DNA of 32,000 nucleotides from Flavobacteriaceae bacterium (GCA_965224465.1 OZ245049.1:630001-662000), one strand, 5' to 3'; positions 10,055-17,550 are shown, numbered from the stretch's first letter. Notes: generated by a model from the sequence alone, not told the origin. Numbers and translations are program-made.

Positions 10055-11431
10055 TTACTTACAGTTATTGTATACTGATATAATTTTCTTTAAATCATCC
10101 AATTTTTCCAAATCTATTTCAGCCTGGTTTATACTCTCAGGAAAGATAGAACAGTCCGATAAATATGCGTTGATTTTTTCAAACATCTTTACCGAATAGT
10201 TTTTTATAAATAGAGAAGCAGATTTAATTTTTAAGGCCTTTTTTTTGTCTTTCTTCTTAAAATAATACGTGTTATTAAAAAAATGTGATTTGTACAAACT
10301 TAAGTTATCTGTAATCTGTATTTCCTCGTTAAATTTGGAAGAGAAAGCATCGTTGGCTTTCATCCCTAGAAAACATTTATTAGTGGCATCAATACAAATT
10401 CTCACTCCATTTTTTGCTTTGTAATCCCTGTATTTGAATTTTCCGTTTTCTTTAACCGTCTTTAAAGTAGCCACCCCTCCGTAATTTTTTAAACTCGACA
10501 TTCCCGATTTACTGGCATTTAATTCTTCAAATTCAATCGTGATTTCTCCTTTTATGGTGTTCCCTTCTTCATCTGTAACTGTGGCAGGTTCGTTATAAAT
10601 ATTATTAGAGGATTTTTTATCTACTAAAATAGCATTTTGTTTGTTTTTAATTCGAAGATCTAACTTCTTTGCTTGCATATCTCCTAAAGTATATCCAGCA
10701 ATTATCATACGTTTTATCACCATTCTCGCAATATCGTTTTGAATTCTTGAGAGTGTTCTAAATTTTATACTTTCTCCATCAAACAATACAATACGTCCCA
10801 TTTTGTACGTTGCCGTTAAAAACCCTGTGGCATCATAAATCCAAATTTCTATACGCTCCGGATTCTTTAGGTACTTTATGGCGTAGCTCCCCATAGCCAC
10901 GTCTTCTGATTCCTTTTTTTGAAAAACCCTCTTTTTAACTATTCGCAAATTGTAATCTTCAACCGCCTTATATGCTTTTTTATAAGCCGCTACTTTCTCT
11001 TCCATTTCAGGACTTCGTGGTTGTGATTTTGAGAAAAATTCATCTAGTTTTTCTCTATTTATACCTTTTTCATTTAAAAACTCGTTCTTTTTAATTAAAT
11101 GTCTTAATATTGTTTTTCGTCCACTCAACGAAAATTTCAACCCTTTCAATATATAATCCGAATAGTAAATTTCATCACTCCCTGGCTTGGTAAATTCTAA
11201 AAACCGAAACATTTTCTCCCCTTCTAAGGTCATTCTAGTCTCTACTATATGCTCAATATGTATCGCTTGTTTCCCTTCTAAATCTGAAATATTGTACACA
11301 TTTCGTTTTACTTCCTCAAATTGGCAGATTTCTTTTTTATCTAACAATACCTTGTTCTTTTTAACCTTTACATTTTGTCCATATGTTGCCATTACACATA
11401 GCAAGACACTTAATATTCCAAATTTTTTCAT
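10055..11431 (-). CDS. Secreted hypothetical protein
   Basis: 458-aa ORF with signal peptide MKKFGILSVLLCVMATYGQ. No recognisable motifs. Confidence 0.6.
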   Translation of the reverse strand: MKKFGILSVLLCVMATYGQNVKVKKNKVLLDKKEICQFEEVKRNVYNISDLEGKQAIHIEHIVETRMTLEGEKMFRFLEFTKPGSDEIYYSDYILKGLKFSLSGRKTILRHLIKKNEFLNEKGINREKLDEFFSKSQPRSPEMEEKVAAYKKAYKAVEDYNLRIVKKRVFQKKESEDVAMGSYAIKYLKNPERIEIWIYDATGFLTATYKMGRIVLFDGESIKFRTLSRIQNDIARMVIKRMIIAGYTLGDMQAKKLDLRIKNKQNAILVDKKSSNNIYNEPATVTDEEGNTIKGEITIEFEELNASKSGMSSLKNYGGVATLKTVKENGKFKYRDYKAKNGVRICIDATNKCFLGMKANDAFSSKFNEEIQITDNLSLYKSHFFNNTYYFKKKDKKKALKIKSASLFIKNYSVKMFEKINAYLSDCSIFPESINQAEIDLEKLDDLKKIISVYNNCK

Positions 11432-11517
11432 AGTATTTCTTTTTCCTTTTTCTGAACCCTTATTATAGGCCTGTTGTTCTGTTTTTATGTGAAACCTAGC
11501 GTGGCACTCTTTGTAGG

Positions 11518-11551
11518 TACGGATTGCAAATCCGAGCTATCATGTTGTTGG
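11518..11551 (+). repeat. REP-like hairpin, family 2 (solo copy)
   Basis: gtacggattgcaaatccgagctatcatgttgttgg matches the right half of the 15311-15489 element (gcacggatttaaaatccgcgctatcacgttgttgg). Confidence 0.6.
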
Positions 11552-11941
11552 AATATAATAATCCCTTCAAGTACGTTGTCAATGATTTTACCTAATGCAT
11601 TTAATATGTCACCCCCACATTAGCCAAAACCCCAACACTATTGACTTTGTTTTAAATTTTTAAAAAAACATCGTTTGTACTTAATTTAAAGCTCGATAAA
11701 AAGCTCAACACAACGAATAGCAACACCCTAAAATGCTTATTCACAGACGACGAAGATAGTTATTTTCTTAGATTATCTTTTTCTTCTATTGAAAAAAAAT
11801 AAGGTAAGACTAAACGCTCTATATTTTATGATTATTTCCCTTCCTGTAATCTCTATTTCTAGCAGTCTCCCCTAGGTAATGATTATAAAAAACAAGTGCA
11901 CATCCAAAGGGCTTAAGTAACTCCAATTACAACTCGCTGCG

Positions 11942-12058
11942 CAAAGTCTCCCGACTTTTGAGCATTGTTTTTATGTGTTACTTTTCCAACGCTCATTTTT
12001 ATTCTTGATTCAATCTCTAAATTGTTGATTTTTTAAATACTTCAATTACTGGATTGTC
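11942..12058 (+). repeat. 117-bp direct repeat, copy 1 (includes an inverted family-1 REP half)
   Basis: Near-identical to 12909-13024, with a single 1-nt indel in a T-run. The repeat is caaagtctcccgactttt gagcattgtttttatgtgttacttttccaacgctcatttttattcttgattcaatctctaaattgttgattttttaaatacttcaattactggattgtc. Confidence 0.9.
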
Positions 12059-12242
12059 TACCCAGCTCTCACACGATTGTATCGTGTGACTGTAGCAGCT
12101 TAAGAATTCTTAATATAAACTCTTTTCACCCATAACAATACTATAATAAAAAACAAATAACTGCATGGCTTACTCATAGATCCTACACAATACAATCATG
12201 GCAGCTGTGCAGCGGGTTCGGTTTACACCCTTAGCAGATCGA

Positions 12243-12497
12243 TTAATAATGATATCTACATCCAATAATTACTAATACATCATTTCCAAACGAATATACT
12301 AGTCTGTGTTCACCATCTATTCGCCTTGACCAATACCCTTGTAAATCGTGTTTTAATGACTCTGGATTCCCAATTCCATCAAAAGGATCCCTAAGTGTTG
12401 ACTTTATTAATTCGTTAATTCTTTTTATTTTTTTCTTATCAATAGATTGCCAATAAATATAATCTTTCCAAGCTGTTTTAGTCCAAGTTATTCTCAT
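12243..12497 (-). CDS. yoeB: YoeB/Txe family type II toxin (mRNA interferase)
   Basis: 84 aa. WKDYIYWQ ... GYWSRRIDGEHRLVY ... CRYHY is the canonical YoeB pattern. It overlaps the upstream antitoxin gene by 4 nt. Confidence 0.9.
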   Translation of the reverse strand: MRITWTKTAWKDYIYWQSIDKKKIKRINELIKSTLRDPFDGIGNPESLKHDLQGYWSRRIDGEHRLVYSFGNDVLVIIGCRYHY

Positions 12498-12745
12498 TCT
12501 TCAATTAAGTTATGCATCTCTATCTTTCCTGTTTTAGACTCTTTTATTGACTGTATCAAAACATCTCTGTTTTTACCTGATAATAAATAACTTGTTTCTT
12601 TTAATGAATTGTACTCATCTAAAGAAATTAAAACTAAATCTTTATTGTCTTTTCTTTTAATAATCAATTCTTCAACATCATTAATAACTACATCCATCCA
12701 TTTTTTTAAATTTACTCTTAAGTCTGTATAATTTACTACCCTCAT
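12494..12745 (-). CDS. yefM: Phd/YefM family type II antitoxin
   Basis: 83 aa. The N-terminus YTDLRVNLKKWMDVV ... LISLDEYNSLKETSYLL is typical of Phd/YefM, and the gene is translationally coupled to yoeB. Confidence 0.9.
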   Translation of the reverse strand: MRVVNYTDLRVNLKKWMDVVINDVEELIIKRKDNKDLVLISLDEYNSLKETSYLLSGKNRDVLIQSIKESKTGKIEMHNLIEE

Positions 12746-12908
12746 ACTATTATCTTTTTCACAAATATACTAAAAAAGTACGTAATTAAGTACTTACTAT
12801 AGAAATTTACCCCTTTCAGTGGGTTTGAAACCAACTGCTTCCCCTTATCCGAAACATCTACCCCATAAATAATACACAAATATCTAATACATTTTTTAAT
12901 TCCGCTGA

Positions 12909-13024
12909 CAAAGTCTCCCGACTTTGAGCATTGTTTTTATGTGTTACTTTTCCAACGCTCATTTTTATTCTTGATTCAATCTCTAAATTGTTGATTTTTT
13001 AAATACTTCAATTACTGGATTGTC
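12909..13024 (+). repeat. 117-bp direct repeat, copy 2
   Basis: See copy 1 at 11942-12058. It is followed at 13047-13060 by cccgatcgcgcgga, the terminal motif of the family-2 palindromic element. Confidence 0.9.
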
Positions 13025-13224
13025 CACAAGTGTCACTGGAAGCAATCCCGATCGCGCGGACGTTGTGTTTTGTTTAAGGTTGGCTACTTTAGTAAGTAAA
13101 TCTATATCCGTTTTAAAAATTGCATCTGTACCTCTCGCATTAAATACTATTTTGTAAGCATCCTATTTTTATTTGTTAGCATTTCAAAAGAAGGCTTTAA
13201 ATTGTGTAGAGGTTTTGATGTACG

Positions 13225-13343
13225 AATAAAATGTATCTTTTCTTGATCTCGTATAATGTAACCTTCTTTCATTTTTTTATTCTTTTCCCTTGTTAGTGTG
13301 AGCAATATAGTGGCGCTAAGTCGTGAGACTTTGCGGAGCGGGG
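13225..13343 (-). pseudogene. Second RAYT N-terminal stub plus family-1 REP hairpin (repeat of 7092-7209)
   Basis: An approximately 118-bp block is homologous to 7092-7209. The ATG at 13272 gives MKEGYIIRDQEKIHFI, then similarity to the other copy and to RAYTs is lost. The REP hairpin gcgctaagtcgtgagactttgcggagcgggg lies at 13313-13343. Confidence 0.6.
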
Positions 13344-13452
13344 AAACTTGGTTTAGGGTTAAAACTAGCTCCGTTTTGGAGTAGGTGGCTTGTTCTCCCA
13401 AGAAAAGTGTTAAGAGGAAGATAAATATATATTTTAGTTGTTTTAAAATCAT
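13339..13452 (-). pseudogene. Truncated third copy of the small-toxin leader
   Basis: MILKQLKYIFIFLLTLFLGEQATYSKTELVLTLNQVSP aligns with MNFLNFIKHIFLFLLTFLLGAQTTYAKTVVVLPTNSV of the two intact toxins (about half the residues identical). The similarity ends where the REP/RAYT block begins. The 101-aa track ORF 13147-13452 is therefore a chimera. Confidence 0.6.
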
Positions 13453-13458
13453 TTAATC

Positions 13459-13827
13459 TTAAACAGAAGTTGGGTTAACATCATTATTGTAACCATCTAC
13501 TTCATCTTGTAACTCTTGATCCCAAATATACTCCATTTCTATTTTTCCATCAGAAAATAATGTGAACTTTGCTCTGTTCCAATTTGTATGAATAGGTGGT
13601 TCATTTTGAGTTATATCATACAGTTTATGAATATATTCGTCATCAATCTCAATATTAAAAACATCCAACCATTCTTTTTCTTTATTATCTTTATAATAAT
13701 AACCTGTATATTCTACAACTTTATTCAGTCTCATCATTTCTAAAACAGCACTTAAAAATTTTTCATCTTTAGAGAAAGTTCCAACAATTGACGTAGCTAT
13801 GTGTGTAAATATTTCTATTTGATTCAT
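13459..13827 (-). CDS. Immunity protein for the adjacent nuclease toxin (YezG/DUF600-like, tentative)
   Basis: This 122-aa acidic ORF starts 14 nt after the toxin stop. The pattern (W..V....G.YY ... W....F.L..DGK...EY.WD.E) resembles YezG-type immunity proteins, which pair with YeeF-type nucleases. Confidence 0.6.
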   Translation of the reverse strand: MNQIEIFTHIATSIVGTFSKDEKFLSAVLEMMRLNKVVEYTGYYYKDNKEKEWLDVFNIEIDDEYIHKLYDITQNEPPIHTNWNRAKFTLFSDGKIEMEYIWDQELQDEVDGYNNDVNPTSV

Positions 13828-13841
13828 CTTAAAATATTAAA

Positions 13842-14726
13842 TTAACGATTAAATGGCTGACCATCAATCGTAAATTGAACTTTAAATTTAGAAGGTCTTT
13901 TAGAAGTTCCTTCAAAAATAGCTTTCACTTGAATTTTCACATCCTTACCAGCTACCATTTCTCTTGCCCATAAATTCTCCATATTCTTCCAAGCTCCTTG
14001 GTTCAATACTCCTTTTTGCGAGTACATATTAATTTGCTCTCCTGGCCCAAAAAAACGAGAAGCTACAATGTGCCCTCCCTGATCAGAACCTTTAATACCA
14101 TCTTTAATATCTACTGCCCGTATTTGTTGATTCCCTAAACGAATCCTTGCTATATCATCTAAATCTGCATTCGTTTTTACAACTCTACCTAAATCATCCG
14201 TTTGAAAAATGAAACCATCAACCTCATATTTCATGTTTTTAGCCAATGGGATTTTGTTTAAAATAGGATTACCTCTTGTTCCTATTACTGTTCTACCATT
14301 AGCTACAATTCTATCTTTATAAAACGTACCCCATTTTTTTCCCGTTCCATCAACTATTTCATATGCCTTATCAGCTATTTTATTATACTTCCAATTTGTA
14401 GGGAAATCATTTTTAAAGGTTTTTAATGCCATCTCTAAAACATCATCCACCGTATTAGCCAAGTAACCAACATAGTATTCAGAAAAATCATAGGTGTTTT
14501 GAGCTGAAACACTCTCAGACACTACAAACTTATACTTTTCTTTTAGAAAATCAATATTAGGTTGTTGCTCTTTTTCTAAAGAGTTTACTTTTTGATTATA
14601 ATCAATAGTAAAAATAACAGAATTTGTTGGTAAAACGACCACCGTTTTGGCATACGTGGTTTGTGCTCCTAACAAAAATGTTAGAAGGAATAGAAATATA
14701 TGTTTTATAAAATTAAGAAAGTTCAT
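13842..14726 (-). CDS. Small secreted polymorphic toxin, Endonuclease_NS_2-like (YeeF/YobL-type) nuclease tip
   Basis: The ATG at 14726 gives signal peptide MNFLNFIKHIFLFLLTFLLGAQTTYA. The C-terminus GSDQGGHIVASRFFGPGEQINMYSQKGVLNQGAWKNMENLWAREMVAGKDVKIQVKAIFEGTSKRPSKFKVQF matches the GH-N-N-W-ME-W layout of the PF13930-type DNA/RNA non-specific endonuclease toxin domain. The track start at 14756 is a TTG. Confidence 0.75.
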   Translation of the reverse strand: MNFLNFIKHIFLFLLTFLLGAQTTYAKTVVVLPTNSVIFTIDYNQKVNSLEKEQQPNIDFLKEKYKFVVSESVSAQNTYDFSEYYVGYLANTVDDVLEMALKTFKNDFPTNWKYNKIADKAYEIVDGTGKKWGTFYKDRIVANGRTVIGTRGNPILNKIPLAKNMKYEVDGFIFQTDDLGRVVKTNADLDDIARIRLGNQQIRAVDIKDGIKGSDQGGHIVASRFFGPGEQINMYSQKGVLNQGAWKNMENLWAREMVAGKDVKIQVKAIFEGTSKRPSKFKVQFTIDGQPFNR

Positions 14727-15204
14727 CTTCTTCGAAATAATGTCCTTCTTTATCAAAACGAATTAAAAATTCTTCTAAAGAATCTGCTATTTTTTCATTG
14801 AAATAATAAATATCATTTTTTTCTTCCCGAGCTTCTTTGTCTATAAGTAGATATAATCCTTCGTTTATTTCAAAAAAAATTAACTTATTTTGATATTCTA
14901 AACCATTGTATATCTCTAATTCAGGGTCTTCATCGTAATATCCCTCTCTATTATTAATTATTTTGAAGCTATTCGGGTTCAAAAATGTGTCGTTAGAATA
15001 TATTTTTTTGTGAAAAAAGAAACCATATCCAATTTCAGTATAAAATTTCTTTAATTCCAAAGGAATAGTTAATTCTGTGTCACATTTTTGTATTATGTCT
15101 TCACTTGATTTAAACAGCAAGTGTTTAAAATCATTATATTGACTTCTAATATTCTCATCTGTAGAAGGTAAAATATATTCTTTCAAAAATAAAAAATCAC
15201 TCAT
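14713..15204 (-). CDS. SUKH-1 (SMI1/KNR4) family immunity protein, copy 1
   Basis: 163 aa. TELTIPLELKKFYTEIGYGFFF matches the hallmark LP..lk.Fy...nG motif. Its stop overlaps the next toxin start (ATGAACTTTCTTAA). It differs from the copy at 16786-17277 by one residue. Confidence 0.75.
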   Translation of the reverse strand: MSDFLFLKEYILPSTDENIRSQYNDFKHLLFKSSEDIIQKCDTELTIPLELKKFYTEIGYGFFFHKKIYSNDTFLNPNSFKIINNREGYYDEDPELEIYNGLEYQNKLIFFEINEGLYLLIDKEAREEKNDIYYFNEKIADSLEEFLIRFDKEGHYFEEDELS

Positions 15205-15210
15205 CTTAAT

Positions 15211-15315
15211 TTATTTAAATAATTCTCTAGCTGGTGAACCTGCTCCATGTATCCCTCCTTGATGTTGGTCGGGGAATCTTTCTTGATGTGAATTCCACCA
15301 TTCATGTGGACCCGA
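15211..15315 (-). pseudogene. C-terminal stub of an older (probably HNH/EndoVII-type) toxin, copy 1
   Basis: My translation is SGPHEWWNSHQERFPDQHQGGIHGAGSPARELFK, with the stop (TAA at 15211-15213) 6 nt before the SUKH ATG. This is the position a toxin C-terminus would occupy. The His-rich H..W..H ... H.GG.H pattern is reminiscent of HNH-fold toxin ends. The frame hits a stop about 11 codons further upstream, inside the palindromic element. Confidence 0.45.
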
Positions 15316-15489
15316 TCGCGCGGAATTAAAATCCGTGCGTCCCCTCATACACAACAACTAACCCATAAATAACACACAAATATCTAATGCATATTTTAAG
15401 ATTTGCATGAGCAGCCTTATGTGATGTACTTTGTGGGCACGGATTTAAAATCCGCGCTATCACGTTGTTGGTATGTCCGCGCCATCGGG
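15311..15489. repeat. 179-bp nested-palindrome (MITE/BIME-like) element, REP family 2, copy 1
   Basis: Terminal inverted repeats are cccgatcgcgcgga (15311-15324) and tccgcgccatcggg (15476-15489). Two internal hairpins lie in opposite orientation: gcgcgga-attaaaa-tccgtgc (15318-15338) and gcacgga-tttaaaa-tccgcgc (15437-15457). There is also caacaac (about 15353-15360) against gttgttg (15464-15470). Confidence 0.75.
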
Positions 15490-15522
15490 ATTTTATGTAC
15501 TTTGTTATTTTAATTAATAAAA

Positions 15523-15966
15523 CTATCTACTTTCCATTTTATCATATATCTCCCCTGTATTAACATCCACTACAAAACGAAAACCATCCGCATAAACTTC
15601 AAGTAACTCTTTCCCTTTATATTTTTCAATATACTTTTTGTAATGCTCGGGAGTTATAAAATTTGATTCTTTTTTTTGTTCGGGGAAAATTTGACCAAAC
15701 CCGACAACATTATCATATGGTAATTGCCATTTTAATTTACCAGTAAAATCATAACAAAATAATTGACTTGGATTTGCTAAACACCTTTCTTTCCAAATTT
15801 GATGAGTTTCTAATTTACCCCAATCTAAATCATTCTCTAATGGAGTTGTTTTAAAACAAACGACTTCATTAAAAGATTCTACTTTATCTATAAAAGTAGA
15901 ACTTGGAAAATGAATTTTTTCATTGCCAACTTTTATGCTATTAGAAGATATTAACACGTATTTCAT
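15523..15966 (-). CDS. Putative immunity protein for the adjacent toxin (family not recognised)
   Basis: This 147-aa ORF begins 8 nt after the toxin stop, has no signal peptide, and is unique to this cassette. Confidence 0.55.
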   Translation of the reverse strand: MKYVLISSNSIKVGNEKIHFPSSTFIDKVESFNEVVCFKTTPLENDLDWGKLETHQIWKERCLANPSQLFCYDFTGKLKWQLPYDNVVGFGQIFPEQKKESNFITPEHYKKYIEKYKGKELLEVYADGFRFVVDVNTGEIYDKMESR

Positions 15967-15974
15967 CTATAAAA

Positions 15975-16799
15975 TTAATTTAGGTAATCAGACACGTCAC
16001 CCATTGGCTTGAACCAACTTTGTGGGATTGCAGGATTGTTTCTAATCTCAAATTGAACAGCTCCACCTGGTTGATGTACTTGACCTGGCCAGTCTTGTGG
16101 TCTTGCAACACTTTTTATAACTTTTGTTCCTGCAGGAACTTTCACTATCGATATTTGAGCAGGCTTTACAATATCCCCACTATTATCTAAAATAGGTAAA
16201 GCAAGTTTCTTAATCATATCATCTTGTGATGTAAATTTTTGAAAATCCTCTACCGAAATTAACCAAGGTCTATTAGGGTTCCAAGAATTATGAACCCTCA
16301 CAAACAAAGCTTCTTGTGACAAAACTATATCATCAATAGAATGGGCAAAATTATAAGGATTAACGAAACTGCTACTTGCATTAATTTCAGTCAATATCTC
16401 AGATTGAGAAACTACAGTTTTACTACCTAATGCATCTGTTTTAGAAACTTTTGAATAAAGACTTTTAGCCTCTGTTATTGTTAAGTTATCCCATTTAGCA
16501 ATTAAACTAGGAATATCATCCACCACCTCAGCCAAGTAACCAACATAGTATTCAGAAAAATCATAGGTGTTTTGAGCTGAAACACTCTCAGACACTACAA
16601 ACTTATACTTTTCTTTTAGAAAATCAATATTAGGTTGTTGCTCTTTTTCTAAAGAGTTTACTTTTTGATTATAATCAATAGTAAAAATAACAGAATTTGT
16701 TGGTAAAACGACCACCGTTTTGGCATACGTGGTTTGTGCTCCTAACAAAAATGTTAGAAGGAATAGAAATATATGTTTTATAAAATTAAGAAAGTTCAT
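15975..16799 (-). CDS. Small secreted polymorphic toxin with the same leader and a different tip (possible TNT-like NAD+ glycohydrolase)
   Basis: The first 90 aa from the ATG at 16799 are identical to the toxin at 13842-14726, and the sequence is unrelated after YYVGYLA. The tip LFVRVHN ... KKLALP ... ISIVKVPAGTKVIKSVARPQDWPGQVHQPGGAVQFEI resembles the R...LP...y.V.kp..v..G...PwfGqPGGg.Q layout of the TNT/DUF4237 domain. The family call is tentative. Confidence 0.6.
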   Translation of the reverse strand: MNFLNFIKHIFLFLLTFLLGAQTTYAKTVVVLPTNSVIFTIDYNQKVNSLEKEQQPNIDFLKEKYKFVVSESVSAQNTYDFSEYYVGYLAEVVDDIPSLIAKWDNLTITEAKSLYSKVSKTDALGSKTVVSQSEILTEINASSSFVNPYNFAHSIDDIVLSQEALFVRVHNSWNPNRPWLISVEDFQKFTSQDDMIKKLALPILDNSGDIVKPAQISIVKVPAGTKVIKSVARPQDWPGQVHQPGGAVQFEIRNNPAIPQSWFKPMGDVSDYLN

Positions 16800-17277
16800 C
16801 TTCTTCGAAATAATGTCCTTCTTTATCAAAACGAATTAAAAATTCTTCTAAAGAATCTGCTATTTTTTCATTGAAATAATAAATATCATTTTTTTCTTCC
16901 CGAGCTTCTTTGTCTATAAGTAGATATAATCCTTCGTTTATTTCAAAAAAAATTAACTTATTTTGATATTCTAAACCATTGTATATCTCTAATTCAGGGT
17001 CTTCATCGTAATATCCCTCTCTATTATTAATTATTTTGAAGCTATTCGGGTTCAAAAATGTGTCGTTAGAATATATTTTTTTGTGAAAAAAGAAACCATA
17101 TCCAATTTCAGTATAAAATTTCTTTAATTCCAAAGGAATAGTTAATTCTGTGTCACATTTTTGTATTATGTCTTCACTTGATTTAAACAGCAAGTGTTTA
17201 AAATCATTATATTGACTTCTAATATTCTCATCTGTAGAAGGTAAAATATATTCTTTCAAAAATAAAAAATTACTCAT
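16786..17277 (-). CDS. SUKH-1 (SMI1/KNR4) family immunity protein, copy 2
   Basis: 163 aa, with one substitution (D3N) relative to 14713-15204. It has the same 14-nt overlap with the downstream toxin start. Confidence 0.75.
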   Translation of the reverse strand: MSNFLFLKEYILPSTDENIRSQYNDFKHLLFKSSEDIIQKCDTELTIPLELKKFYTEIGYGFFFHKKIYSNDTFLNPNSFKIINNREGYYDEDPELEIYNGLEYQNKLIFFEINEGLYLLIDKEAREEKNDIYYFNEKIADSLEEFLIRFDKEGHYFEEDELS

Positions 17278-17283
17278 CTTAAT

Positions 17284-17388
17284 TTATTTAAATAATTCTC
17301 TAGCTGGTGAACCTGCTCCATGTATCCCTCCTTGATGTTGGTCGGGGAATCTTTCTTGATGTGAATTCCACCATTCATGTGGACCCGA
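17284..17388 (-). pseudogene. C-terminal stub of an older toxin, copy 2
   Basis: Same sequence as 15211-15315, shifted by 2073 bp. Confidence 0.45.
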
Positions 17389-17550
17389 TCGCGCGGAATT
17401 AAAATCCGTGCGTCCCCTCATACACAACAACTAACACACAAATATCTAATGCCTTTTTTAAGATTTGCATGAGCAGCCTTATGTGATGCACTTTATGGGC
17501 ACGGATTTCAAATCCGCGCTATCACATTGGTGGTATACCCGAGCCAGAGG
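17384..17550. repeat. Nested-palindrome element, REP family 2, copy 2 (12-nt deletion, degraded right end)
   Basis: The left end cccgatcgcgcgga at 17384 is identical to copy 1. The internal hairpin gcacggatttcaaatccgcgc lies at 17499-17519. The right terminus is diverged (acccgagccagagg). Confidence 0.65.

Noticed and set aside
11942-12058. Small ORF on the minus strand of the 117-bp repeat (MSVGKVTHKNNAQ…)
   Set aside because: The two repeat copies differ by a 1-nt indel that changes the frame after 13 codons, so no protein is conserved. It is treated as non-coding repeat DNA.
12066-12092. Hairpin cacacgat-tgt-atcgtgtg as a terminator for yoeB
   Set aside because: It lies about 155 nt downstream of the stop and has no T-run following it on the minus strand.
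13147-13452. 101-aa track ORF as a genuine gene
   Set aside because: It is a chimera. Its N-terminal 38 aa are a diverged toxin leader, its middle reads through a REP hairpin, and its C-terminus is the first 16 aa of a RAYT stub followed by unrelated sequence.
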